Source: Tubiluchus corallicola
Taxonomy: Eukaryota > Animalia > Priapulida
NCBI GenBank assembly: GCA_030141605.1
Contig: JAQGDQ010002394.1
Location: 1 to 64,000 of the forward strand
Length of the DNA: 64,000 bases
Direction: 5' to 3'
The translations under genes and the position numbers were made by a program. Shown one piece after another: positions 31,964-41,751 of the stretch (positions within the stretch are counted from its first letter, which is position 1; each line of letters opens with the position of its first letter). The notes under the pieces are model-generated. The model ran no database searches, was not told the origin of the DNA, and saw nothing but the letters and a program-made list of their open reading frames with translations.

Positions 31964-32476
31964 CTACTTATACCAACTAGCATACATCAAGTAGTTTTGA
32001 GCTATTTTTTCTATCATTTCTTTCGTTTGATTTGGTTCAATAATTTTCACTTTTTTCACAGGTACACCTGCATATACAGCATTGGGTTCAAGCTCTGTTC
32101 CCGTAAGAACTAATGAGTTGGCAGCAATTATAGTATTTTCTTTTACTATTGCGTGATCAAGAACAGTTGCTCCTATTCCAACAAGTACATTTTTTTCAAT
32201 AGTAGCTCCGTGTATAGTTACATTATGACCTATGGTTACATTGTTGCCTATCTGTATGGTAGATTTTTCATAGAGTGTATGTAATACGGCTCCGTCTTGT
32301 ATATTCACCTTGTTACCCACAGTAATAATATTTACATCTCCACGTAATACAGCACCAAACCATACAGAACAATCATCGCCAAGGGTTACATCTCCCACAA
32401 CTACTGAATTTTCTGCAAAAAAACAATTATTTCCATACTTGGGTGTAAAACCCCTTACTTCCTTTATTATTGCCAT
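31964..32476 (-). CDS. Gamma carbonic anhydrase family (YrdA-like)
   Basis: LRGDVN, NIQDG, H..IGHN..IHG hexapeptide repeats. Confidence 0.93.
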   Translation of the reverse strand: MAIIKEVRGFTPKYGNNCFFAENSVVVGDVTLGDDCSVWFGAVLRGDVNIITVGNKVNIQDGAVLHTLYEKSTIQIGNNVTIGHNVTIHGATIEKNVLVGIGATVLDHAIVKENTIIAANSLVLTGTELEPNAVYAGVPVKKVKIIEPNQTKEMIEKIAQNYLMYASWYK

Positions 32477-32529
32477 TTTTTAAGAACTATGAAATAAGTA
32501 TTAACAATAAATCTCCAATTTGTGCCAAA

Positions 32530-32564
32530 GATAGTAATAAGAGTTATAAACTCTTATTACTATC
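32530..32564. repeat. Perfect 16-bp inverted repeat in a divergent promoter region
   Basis: GATAGTAATAAGAGTT-ATA-AACTCTTATTACTATC. Confidence 0.85.
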
Positions 32565-32708
32565 CTATTGAGCAATGCTATTTTTTAATTTTTCAAACAT
32601 TAGCCTATTAAGCTATATTAAAAACTTATGCGGAGTATTATAAAGCTAAAAGTTGAAAATTTTATATTTTTGAATATCTATTTGTGTGCAATTATAAAAC
32701 TAAATTGA

Positions 32709-33593
32709 ATGAAAAAAAATGTTTTTCTCCCTCCTTCTGAGTTAATCTTGAATGACGATGGAAGTGTGTATCATTTGCATTTAAAACCTGAGCAAATTTC
32801 GGATACAATTATCCTTGTGGGCGACCCCAATAGGGTAGAAATGGTTACTAGTTTTTTCGACAGCGTGGAATTTACTATTCAAAATAGAGAATTTAAAACC
32901 TCTACGGGACTTTATAAGGGCAAACGATTAACCGTTTTATCAACGGGCATTGGAGCAGGCAATATAGATATTGTAATGAATGAACTCGATGCTTTGGTAA
33001 ATATTAATCTTAAAGAGCGAATGGTAAAAAAGGTATCTACAAGTTTGAATTTGGTGAGGATAGGTACAGCAGGTAGTTTACAACCTGATATTGAAGTAAA
33101 TACCTTTGTGTTGTCAGAAAAGGCAATAGGTTTTGATGGCTTGCTTAATTATTATGAAGATCGAGATGAAGTGTCAGATTTGGAGTTCGAGAGCAAGCTT
33201 TTAAGCTATGTGCAATGGTCTGATAAGCTAACTACACCATATGTAGTAAATGCATCTTCAGAGTTGATAAATAAGTTGCAGTCCACTGCTCTAGCAAAGG
33301 GGATTACCGTGTCTTCTCCCGGGTTTTTTGCTCCACAGGGGAGAGAGCTCAGATTAAAAACATTCAATTCTTATTTATTTGATGAAATCGAAAATTTTGA
33401 ATATAAGGGGAAAAAGATTATAAATAATGAAATGGAATGTGCTGCAATATATGGATTGTCCCTCCTTTTAGGGCATAAAGCCGCTACTGCATGTCTACTG
33501 ATAGACAATAGAGCCTCTCGTCAATATAGCAACAATTATAAAGCTTATATGCAGAAATTGATTAAATTAGTACTTGATAAATTATCCTATTGA
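32709..33593 (+). CDS. Nucleoside (uridine-type) phosphorylase
   Basis: YHLHL, VGDPNRV, REF, STGIG, RIGTAG, GFFAPQGR, NEME. Confidence 0.92.
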   Translation: MKKNVFLPPSELILNDDGSVYHLHLKPEQISDTIILVGDPNRVEMVTSFFDSVEFTIQNREFKTSTGLYKGKRLTVLSTGIGAGNIDIVMNELDALVNINLKERMVKKVSTSLNLVRIGTAGSLQPDIEVNTFVLSEKAIGFDGLLNYYEDRDEVSDLEFESKLLSYVQWSDKLTTPYVVNASSELINKLQSTALAKGITVSSPGFFAPQGRELRLKTFNSYLFDEIENFEYKGKKIINNEMECAAIYGLSLLLGHKAATACLLIDNRASRQYSNNYKAYMQKLIKLVLDKLSY

Positions 33594-33623
33594 TATATTT
33601 GCAAAAACCTAAAACTTAAGCCT

Positions 33624-34517
33624 ATGATGAAAGAAAAAAACCTTATAAGCCTCATAAAATTGCTGGAAGACCCAAATGAAAACACCTATATGTCTACCAG
33701 AGATAAACTGATAAAGAAAGGCATAGAAATTATTCCTGTTGCCCAAAAATTGCAAAAAGAAATTTCTACTTTACTCTTCCAAGAAAGAATTAAAAAAATT
33801 ATAGAAGAAGTAGGCTCCCAATATAGCCAAGAATTGTTATTAGAATGGCTGAAAACAAAAGAACAAGGATTGCTGGAGGGTATGTACGTACTTGCAAGAT
33901 TTATAAAGCAAGGAGTAAGTTTCGAAGATATGGAGAATGCAACCATATCAATAGCGAAAAAAGTAGTGCAGAAACTGGAAGATAAACACTCTCCTGTAGA
34001 AAAGGTTGGTATTTTAAATGATATGTTGTATAATAAACTTGGTTTTTCTAAGAATGTAGAAAATATTGATAACCCTCAGAATTATAATATTTGTTATCTC
34101 TTAAAAAACAAGAAAGGGAATGCCCTATCCTTGTCAATTCTCTATTTGATTGTGGCTGAAAAACTAAACTTGCCTATTTATGGGGTAAATTTACCTGATA
34201 GCTTTATTCTGGCTTATGATGGTCAAAATAGAAATTATGAGAAAGGAAGAAATGTTTTTTCTATTTTATTTTATATCAACCCTGCTAATGATGGTATAAT
34301 TATTGATAGAGAGGATATAAAAGATTATATAAAAACGCAAAACTTAAAACTTACACCTGAATACTTCAATTCTTGCAGCAACTTGGAAGCGATAATACAA
34401 GTAGTAAATGCCTTGACTAGGAGCTATAGAAAGTTGCAAAATAAAGAAAAAGAAGCAATATTTCAGGAGGTAAAAAAAACAATAGAAAAAGAAAAAATGC
34501 TTTTTTCAATACTATAA
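33624..34517 (+). CDS. Transglutaminase-like / SirB1 family protein
   Basis: LIKLLEDP, KKGNALSLSILY, IYGVNLP, FYINP. Confidence 0.85.
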   Translation: MMKEKNLISLIKLLEDPNENTYMSTRDKLIKKGIEIIPVAQKLQKEISTLLFQERIKKIIEEVGSQYSQELLLEWLKTKEQGLLEGMYVLARFIKQGVSFEDMENATISIAKKVVQKLEDKHSPVEKVGILNDMLYNKLGFSKNVENIDNPQNYNICYLLKNKKGNALSLSILYLIVAEKLNLPIYGVNLPDSFILAYDGQNRNYEKGRNVFSILFYINPANDGIIIDREDIKDYIKTQNLKLTPEYFNSCSNLEAIIQVVNALTRSYRKLQNKEKEAIFQEVKKTIEKEKMLFSIL

Positions 34518-34560
34518 AAAAGTTATTATATTTGTCAAAAATTTCATCCACATATAAATA

Positions 34561-35406
34561 GTGGCGAAACAAGACTTAAATAATGTAGAGGAAGAAATAG
34601 ATCTAAAGAAGGTTATAATAAAAGTAATAAAGATTATTTCTAAAAATATAAAACTTATCCTTGCTATAACTGTAATAGGTATGACGGTAGGAACAGTAAA
34701 GTTTTTTGCTCTAGGCGAGTCAAAGATATACACTACATCTGCTGTTGCACTTGTAGAAGTAAGCCCTGATAAAGATATTAACTTACAATATACTCTACTG
34801 GAAAGAGATCTGATTAATAGGATACAAAAACTGATAGAAATAGGAGATGTAGAAAAACTCAGCTTCCACTTGAATGTGGATGCTTCATTAGCAGAAAAAA
34901 TAAAAAATATTTCCTCTCACATCATCATAGATAAAGAAGTTAAAATTGATAATCCGCTTTTTAATAAAATAAAAATATCTATAGACATAAGTGACATAAC
35001 AATTGCTAGTGAGTTGCAAAATATTATTACATATTATTTAGAAAATAATAAATATCTTAAAGAAAGCTATGAAACACTAAAACAACAAAACTCTGACATA
35101 ACAGAAACAATAAAAGAAGTAATAGCCGAAGCAAGAGAAAACTTTATAAAAGAAACTAGTTCAATAAGTATAATGGGTGATGAAACTAAGAGCCCTTTAT
35201 TCATTATAAATTTATACAAGCAAATTAGCTATTATCAAAGATATTATCAAATATCCAACATAATAACATTTGTAGAAGATTTTGATGGAACAGTAAGAAA
35301 AAAATTTAATGTATTAACTGTTATCTTAAGATATGGGGGTATGTCATTTTTCTTAAGTCTTATTATTGTTTTCTTTCGTCGTTTTTACTTAAAATATATT
35401 AGATAA
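34561..35406 (+). CDS. Wzz-like chain-length determinant protein
   Basis: EEIDL N-terminus, two terminal TM helices around a coiled periplasmic region. Confidence 0.6.
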   Translation: MAKQDLNNVEEEIDLKKVIIKVIKIISKNIKLILAITVIGMTVGTVKFFALGESKIYTTSAVALVEVSPDKDINLQYTLLERDLINRIQKLIEIGDVEKLSFHLNVDASLAEKIKNISSHIIIDKEVKIDNPLFNKIKISIDISDITIASELQNIITYYLENNKYLKESYETLKQQNSDITETIKEVIAEARENFIKETSSISIMGDETKSPLFIINLYKQISYYQRYYQISNIITFVEDFDGTVRKKFNVLTVILRYGGMSFFLSLIIVFFRRFYLKYIR

Positions 35407-35428
35407 AGCATAATTTTCCTACAAAAAT

Positions 35429-36442
35429 ATGGAAACAGTGGTAAGTGGAATAAGACCTACTGGTAATTTGCATCTTGGCAACTACTTTGGGGCAGCAAAA
35501 AACTTCATAAAATTGCAGGAAAATTACAATAGCTATTTTTTCATTGCTGACTATCATTCACTTACTACACACCCCACTCCTGTTAATTTATCAAACAACG
35601 TTCAGCAAGTACTAGCCGAATATCTATCAATAGGTCTAGATCCTGAAAAAACAACCTTATATATACAAAGCGACCTGCCTGAAATTGCTGAACTCTACCT
35701 GTTACTCAATATGAATGCATATATTGGGGAATTAGAGCGTACAACCTCTTTTAAAGAAAAGGTGAGAAAACAACCTGAAAACATCAATGTAGGCTTATTA
35801 ACCTATCCCACACTAATGGCAGCTGACGTGCTTATACATAAAGCAACTAAGGTTCCCGTAGGAAAAGACCAGGAGCAAAATTTAGAGATGGTAAGAAAGT
35901 TTGCTCGACGTTTCAATAGAATGTATGAAGTAGACTATTTTCTTGAACCTAAACCATTTACTTTTTCAAAAGAGCTGTTGAAAGTACCAGGCTTGGACGG
36001 GAGTGGAAAAATGGGAAAGTCCGAAGGTAATGGAATTTATCTTATAGATGATGAAAAAACAATAACCAAAAAAGTGATGAAAGCTGTCACTGATGCGGGT
36101 CCTACTAAGCCTAATGCACCCAAAGTAGAAGCAGTAGAGAATTTATTTATTCTAATGAAATTAGTTTCTTCTGCAAATACTTTGAAATACTTTGAAGAAG
36201 AATATAATAGGTGCAAAATACGCTATGGTGATATGAAAAAACAGTTAGCTACTGACATTAACAAAGTTGTAGCACCTATAAGAGAAAGAGTATTAGAAGT
36301 AAGAGAAAATAAAAAGTACTTGTCGGAAGTAGTGCAATTAGGTAAAAGAAAAGCCCAAAAACAAGCTGCTCAAACTATTAAAGAAGTACGGGAGATAGTG
36401 GGATTAGGTCAGTTTAAAAAGCAAAATAAACATTTGAGTTAA
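35429..36442 (+). CDS. trpS: Tryptophan--tRNA ligase
   Basis: SGIRPTGNLHLGNY, ADYHSLT, VPVGKDQ, KMGKS. Confidence 0.97.
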   Translation: METVVSGIRPTGNLHLGNYFGAAKNFIKLQENYNSYFFIADYHSLTTHPTPVNLSNNVQQVLAEYLSIGLDPEKTTLYIQSDLPEIAELYLLLNMNAYIGELERTTSFKEKVRKQPENINVGLLTYPTLMAADVLIHKATKVPVGKDQEQNLEMVRKFARRFNRMYEVDYFLEPKPFTFSKELLKVPGLDGSGKMGKSEGNGIYLIDDEKTITKKVMKAVTDAGPTKPNAPKVEAVENLFILMKLVSSANTLKYFEEEYNRCKIRYGDMKKQLATDINKVVAPIRERVLEVRENKKYLSEVVQLGKRKAQKQAAQTIKEVREIVGLGQFKKQNKHLS

Positions 36443-36502
36443 ATAATATACTTCTTTCCAATTCAATATACTTTCATTTTAACTATAACCCATTGTACAT
36501 CA

Positions 36503-38743
36503 TTATTTTGTTATTTTAAACCCAATAAGAGCTATATCATCCGTTTGAGGCTCTTTACCCATCCAATTATCAAGGGTTTCTAATAGAATTTCCTTTTGCT
36601 CTTTCATTGGTTGGTCGTGTATACTATACAAAACCTCTCTTAGTTTTTTACTGTTAAACTTTTTGCCCGTTGCTCCAAATTGGTCTTGATAGCCATCGGA
36701 GAATATGTAAAACGCATCGCCTTTAGATATACTTATCCTGTGGTTGGTAAACTGGCGATTATTACTACTATCATAATAATGCTTTCCTATGGGATATTTG
36801 TCAGCTTTGACTATTTCCAATTTGCTATTCTGGATTTTAATAAGAGGATTCATTGCCCCTGCGTACTCTAAATAGTTCCCTTTGTGGTTATAGTTGCAAA
36901 CAGCCATATCTATTCCGTCGTTTATCTTTTCTTGGTCTTTCTCAACGTCTAAGAAAACCAACAACTCTTTTTTTAAGCTGTTAAGTATTTGGGCAGGTTG
37001 TAGAATTTTTCGCTCTACTACAATGTTGGTTAACAACTGTGTGCCAATAAGCGACATAAAGGCTCCTGGTACACCATGCCCTGTACAGTCTCCTAATACA
37101 AGAGTAATACAGTCCTTGTGTTGATGCACCCAATAAAAATCACCTGACACTATGTCTTTAGGTTTGAAAAGAACAAACATTTCAGGGAGGATATTTTTTA
37201 TTCTTTCTATGCTAGGCATAGAAGCTTTTTGGATATTTACAGCATAGTTGATACTGGCAGTTATTTCTTTTTGTTGTTCATATAGTATATTATTCTTGAG
37301 AATAAGCTCTTCCCTATAAATGTTTAACTTGTCTACGGAAGTATTGAAGGCATCTGTAATAGTTTTGAACTCATCATTGGAGATAGGTTTCAATTTAATA
37401 TCTAATTTATTAACCTGTAATGACTTGATACCTTCTAATAATATATTTAGTGGTTTAGTAATATTTTTTGTTAACAACATAGCTGCAATGATAATAATGA
37501 TAAGAGTAATGATTGAAATGAGGACAAATAAATTTCTTAACTCATATATAGGCCCATAGGCTTCTTCCTTGTCTATTTTTGATGCCAAAACCCAATTGAG
37601 ATTTCTAATTTCAAGAGGTGTATAAGTTATCAACACAGGAATATTTCTGTAATCATTTACTACATATGCTTTTCGTTCTTCTAAAAGACGTTCACCAGAA
37701 AAAGGTTTTTTAACTTTTAAAAACAAGACAGACGTATTGTGCCTTTTCATTTGGGCAATATCTTTTGAAGATGCTTTTATTGTTTTGAGGTTTTTAAAAA
37801 ATGTAGCACTGTCTTCTATTAAAAACCTTGAATCACTTCTCATTTTAAGATCATCCCCTAAGATATAGCTTTCGCCTGTTCTTCCAAAGCCAAAGACTTC
37901 CCAATTTTTAGCACTGGTCATTAAATAGTCTACCTGCCTGATGGAAAGTTGAAAAATAACTGTAAATTTTTCGTTATTAACGTTTAAAGGCATAGACATA
38001 AATGAGGCTGGAGCCATTAAATCAGGAGGGTAAATACTAAAATCTGTAATAAAAATTTCTCCTTCGGGTAAGTTCTTTGCATTTAAGAAGGCATTCGATA
38101 GGCTGGGATAATTAAGCGGATAATTAGGCAGTTTTACCCCAAAATTTATTTTTCGGTATTTATTGTATAAAACATAGCCCGTTTGGTCATCTACAATAAA
38201 CATATCCTCAAAGGGAAATTGTTCAAATATGGTTGTAAGTTTTTTGCTAGTATCTATACTGTGAATAAGTTCTTTGTAATAAGATTTTTTATGCTTATTG
38301 ACTAAGAAGTCGTTTTGTAGTTTTACAGTAATAGTATCTGTTGGGGTTTGTATAAACTTGAAATAAGTTTCTTTATCAAATTCCTTTTGCTCGAACTTAG
38401 GGTATATTGTTGTTTCGTAAAAATGATTAAGAGCATTGTAATTTTCTTCGTAATTGTAATTCTCAATATCTACTATAAAGTTTTCAAACTGAGCCTTTAG
38501 TTTTAAGGATAAGTCTTTTAAAGTAGAACTTCCTCCTATTATTTTTGCAAAGGCTTCTGTTCGTTCAAAATAGCTTTCTATATTTTCCTTTCTTATTTCT
38601 TTAATAGAATTTAATTGTTCAATAGTTTTATTCTTAATAGTTTTTACAGAACTAATATAATTGGTAATTATAGCAATACTTGAAGGCACAAGTCCTATTA
38701 TGAGAAAGAAAAATAAGATTTTGAAGCGTATACTTGTGTTCAT
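36503..38743 (-). CDS. Membrane sensor PP2C phosphatase (Cache-like + HAMP + SpoIIE)
   Basis: Two TMs, large periplasmic domain (GESYILG..MRSDSRF), HAMP, VSGDFYW, DCTGHGVPGAFMS, SDGYQDQFG, QTDDI. Confidence 0.9.
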   Translation of the reverse strand: MNTSIRFKILFFFLIIGLVPSSIAIITNYISSVKTIKNKTIEQLNSIKEIRKENIESYFERTEAFAKIIGGSSTLKDLSLKLKAQFENFIVDIENYNYEENYNALNHFYETTIYPKFEQKEFDKETYFKFIQTPTDTITVKLQNDFLVNKHKKSYYKELIHSIDTSKKLTTIFEQFPFEDMFIVDDQTGYVLYNKYRKINFGVKLPNYPLNYPSLSNAFLNAKNLPEGEIFITDFSIYPPDLMAPASFMSMPLNVNNEKFTVIFQLSIRQVDYLMTSAKNWEVFGFGRTGESYILGDDLKMRSDSRFLIEDSATFFKNLKTIKASSKDIAQMKRHNTSVLFLKVKKPFSGERLLEERKAYVVNDYRNIPVLITYTPLEIRNLNWVLASKIDKEEAYGPIYELRNLFVLISIITLIIIIIAAMLLTKNITKPLNILLEGIKSLQVNKLDIKLKPISNDEFKTITDAFNTSVDKLNIYREELILKNNILYEQQKEITASINYAVNIQKASMPSIERIKNILPEMFVLFKPKDIVSGDFYWVHQHKDCITLVLGDCTGHGVPGAFMSLIGTQLLTNIVVERKILQPAQILNSLKKELLVFLDVEKDQEKINDGIDMAVCNYNHKGNYLEYAGAMNPLIKIQNSKLEIVKADKYPIGKHYYDSSNNRQFTNHRISISKGDAFYIFSDGYQDQFGATGKKFNSKKLREVLYSIHDQPMKEQKEILLETLDNWMGKEPQTDDIALIGFKITK

Positions 38744-38899
38744 TTTTTATGAAGGATAATATTAACTACTATTTATAACTATTTTTTTATATTAAAAGTA
38801 TATAAAATAACCGAAATATAGGTTTTGGGCAATTATATATTTACTTAAACTAAGTTGTACTTATATTCCTATTATATGTAAAAGTCTTACCTTTGTAAT

Positions 38900-40297
38900 A
38901 TGCAACATATTATACATAACGATACAATAGCCTCTATTATTACTCCACAGGGTAGTGGTGCCGTAGCTGTAATAAGAATATCAGGGGCGAGGGCTATTGA
39001 TATAGCATCAAAAATATTTACATTTGCAGGGAAGGGGAAGACCCTATCTCAACAAAAACCTAATACAATACATTATGGGACGATACAAGAAAATAAGCAG
39101 GTTGTGGACGAGGTGCTGCTTAGCCTGTTTAAAGCACCACATAGTTACACTGGCGAGGATTCAATAGAAATATCCTGCCACGCATCGCCTTACATACAGC
39201 AAAAAATATTGCAACTGATTATTCAGTACGGAGCAAGAGCTGCCCAAGCAGGTGAATTTACAATGCGAGCTTATTTCAACAATAAGCTCAATTTAGCCCA
39301 AGCAGAGGCTGTGGCCGACCTTATTGCAGCCGAGAGCGAAGCATCGCATAGACTTGCTATACAGCAATTGCGGGGGGGATATTCGGAACAGATAAAAAAA
39401 CTGAGAGACGAGCTATTGCAACTTATTTCTCTTGTGGAGCTGGAGTTGGACTTTAGTGAAGAAGATGTGGAGTTTGCAGATAGAACAGAAATTAAGAACC
39501 TTACTCAGACTATACATAGTATTATTACACAGCTTTTAGATACCTATCAACTGGGTAATGCAGTAAAAAAGGGAGTGCCTGTAGCCATAGTTGGAGTGCC
39601 TAATACAGGAAAATCAACACTGCTTAACCAGTTGCTTTACGAAGAGAGGGCAATAGTGTCTGACATAGCAGGAACGACACGCGATACCATAGAGGATACT
39701 GTGAACATAGAGGGTATTGTTTTCCGATTTATAGATACTGCTGGCATAAGAGAAGCTACTGATACTATAGAAAAACTGGGCATCGAGCGCACACATCAAA
39801 AGATAGAGAATGCTTCTATTATACTACATCTTGTGGATGCTAATAGTGGGATAAAGAATATACAAGCTGCCGTAAGTGTTTTTAAACAGCAAGTAAAAGA
39901 GCATCAACACTATATTACCCTTGTTAATAAAATAGACATATTGACATCGCAACAAAAACAAAGTTTTGAAAAATCTTCTTTACCTCATATACAAATATCT
40001 GCTCAAACAGGATACAATATTAATCAACTACGAACCCAGTTAGTAGATATTATTAGCTCTCAAAGCATTAATCAAGCAGATATTGTTATTACCAATACCC
40101 GTCATTATCAAGCCTTTAAAAAAGCACAAGAAGCCACCCAGCGAATACTTGTGGGGATAGATGGTGGTCTTTCTAACGACTTGTTGGCACAAGATATTAG
40201 AGAAACATTGTACCATCTGGGTGAAATAACAGGTGAAACAATAACTACTGATGAAGTCTTAGGCAATATATTTAAGCATTTCTGCATTGGAAAGTAA
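38900..40297 (+). CDS. mnmE: tRNA modification GTPase MnmE/TrmE
   Basis: PHSYTGED, GVPNTGKS, GTTRD, DTAG, NKID, FCIGK. Confidence 0.98.
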   Translation: MQHIIHNDTIASIITPQGSGAVAVIRISGARAIDIASKIFTFAGKGKTLSQQKPNTIHYGTIQENKQVVDEVLLSLFKAPHSYTGEDSIEISCHASPYIQQKILQLIIQYGARAAQAGEFTMRAYFNNKLNLAQAEAVADLIAAESEASHRLAIQQLRGGYSEQIKKLRDELLQLISLVELELDFSEEDVEFADRTEIKNLTQTIHSIITQLLDTYQLGNAVKKGVPVAIVGVPNTGKSTLLNQLLYEERAIVSDIAGTTRDTIEDTVNIEGIVFRFIDTAGIREATDTIEKLGIERTHQKIENASIILHLVDANSGIKNIQAAVSVFKQQVKEHQHYITLVNKIDILTSQQKQSFEKSSLPHIQISAQTGYNINQLRTQLVDIISSQSINQADIVITNTRHYQAFKKAQEATQRILVGIDGGLSNDLLAQDIRETLYHLGEITGETITTDEVLGNIFKHFCIGK

Positions 40298-40299
40298 AA

Positions 40300-40382
40300 C
40301 AAAAAACAGAAGCCGTTAAAATGACAATGGTTGCAAGTGCATTTTCTTACCTTCCAGAATTTAAATGCAAAACTAAAGACAG
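40300..40382 (+). repeat. Partial copy of dispersed intergenic repeat (3' half)
   Basis: AAAAAACAGAAGCCGTTAAAATGACAATGGTTGCAAGTGCATTTTCTT aligns with AAAAAACAGAAGCCATTAAAACGGCTATGCTTGTAAAAGTATTTTCTT at ~43131. Confidence 0.65.
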
Positions 40383-40413
40383 GGGGGGTAAAAAAACATA
40401 TTATCACCATATT

Positions 40414-41691
40414 TCACTCTTCCCATTCATTCCAAAACAAGTTTTCAGGTTTCCATTTGTCTTTAGGTTTATCCTCACCTGTTGGATAGCCTATAGGTAT
40501 TACATTCAAAGGTATTATATGATTGGGTAGTTCTAATGTTTCTCTTACAGTATTGATTCTGTCCTCATAAGGATATGTAGCAGTCCAAACAGCTCCTAGT
40601 CCCATACTTTCAGCAGCTAGTAATATATTTTGGGACGCGGCAGAGCAATCTTGAATCCAATAATCTTGTGAAGGTTCTTTCAATGCTTTTTGTAAGTCTC
40701 CACAAACAACGATGGCAGCTTGTGCTTGTGCAAGCATTTTGGCATATGGCAACTGCGAGGCCAAAGTGTCTAGCTTTTCCCTTTCTGTAATTATAAAGAA
40801 TGTCCAAGGCTGACGATTGACAGCCGTAGGAGCTGCCATTCCTGCTCTTGTCAAAATTACAAGTTGCTCCTTATTTACCTTTTGTTCTGTAAAATGACGC
40901 ACGCTTTTTCTGTTGAATATGGTCTGTAAGGTTTTATTCATCCCTTTTCTAGGATAAGGCATAACAGTAGGTGTTTCATCAGTTAGCAACTTATAAATAT
41001 CTCGCGACTTTCCTATAAAATCTCCCATTCCATAATATATTCCTCTTCCAGCTTGCAAAGGTTTTAGCAAGAAAGGGTCTACATTTCCATCTTTCAGTAT
41101 AGAAGATACAGCTGATATATTTACCACTTCTCCTATAAATTGTCTATGAGAACCAATATCGTGAAACTCTATTACCTTACATTCTGCAACTATTGGAAAT
41201 TCTTTTATATAAGGAGCATTTACAAATTCTCCTTTTACAGGGGTAAGTCCCATCTCTTCAAATTTATTCATATCTTTTCCTGAAAATACACCTGCAAAAT
41301 CTACATATTCAGCCATATTTTCTGAAGGGATATTCACAGTAAAAGCCATATTTTTAGTAACATTATGATACGAATAGGTAGCAGGACGCATAGATACTGC
41401 TATGGTTAAGGGTTTTGAAGAGGCTATGCCCCCCCAAGAGGCCGTCATAATATTAGGAGTCCCTTTCTCATCGTAAGAGCCAATGACAAAAACTGGTTTG
41501 GGATAAATTTCCGACTTTACTCCTAAGGATACCCTTGTGGTCAAAGTATCTCGTTGAATAGTATCAATACTATTGTAAGTATAATCTAAGGTGCTATAAG
41601 TATTAGCAGAGTAATATCTATTTATAATTACTAAAACAATTATAATTAAAACTAATACTATATTAAATATCTTACTTTTGTTTAATATCAT
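40414..41691 (-). CDS. N-terminally anchored flavoredoxin (flavin reductase-like) + nitroreductase fusion
   Basis: TM helix at aa ~8-24; YPKPVFVIGSYD..PNIMTASWGG..ECKV..IGSHRQFIGEV; then RKSVRHF, AAPTAVNRQPW, QDCSAASQNILLAA..GLGAVW. Confidence 0.9.
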   Translation of the reverse strand: MILNKSKIFNIVLVLIIIVLVIINRYYSANTYSTLDYTYNSIDTIQRDTLTTRVSLGVKSEIYPKPVFVIGSYDEKGTPNIMTASWGGIASSKPLTIAVSMRPATYSYHNVTKNMAFTVNIPSENMAEYVDFAGVFSGKDMNKFEEMGLTPVKGEFVNAPYIKEFPIVAECKVIEFHDIGSHRQFIGEVVNISAVSSILKDGNVDPFLLKPLQAGRGIYYGMGDFIGKSRDIYKLLTDETPTVMPYPRKGMNKTLQTIFNRKSVRHFTEQKVNKEQLVILTRAGMAAPTAVNRQPWTFFIITEREKLDTLASQLPYAKMLAQAQAAIVVCGDLQKALKEPSQDYWIQDCSAASQNILLAAESMGLGAVWTATYPYEDRINTVRETLELPNHIIPLNVIPIGYPTGEDKPKDKWKPENLFWNEWEE

Positions 41692-41751
41692 AATTTTTTT
41701 ATAAGTTTATTATATATTAATTTCAAATTGTTAAAGCAGTTAGCTTTCTTA

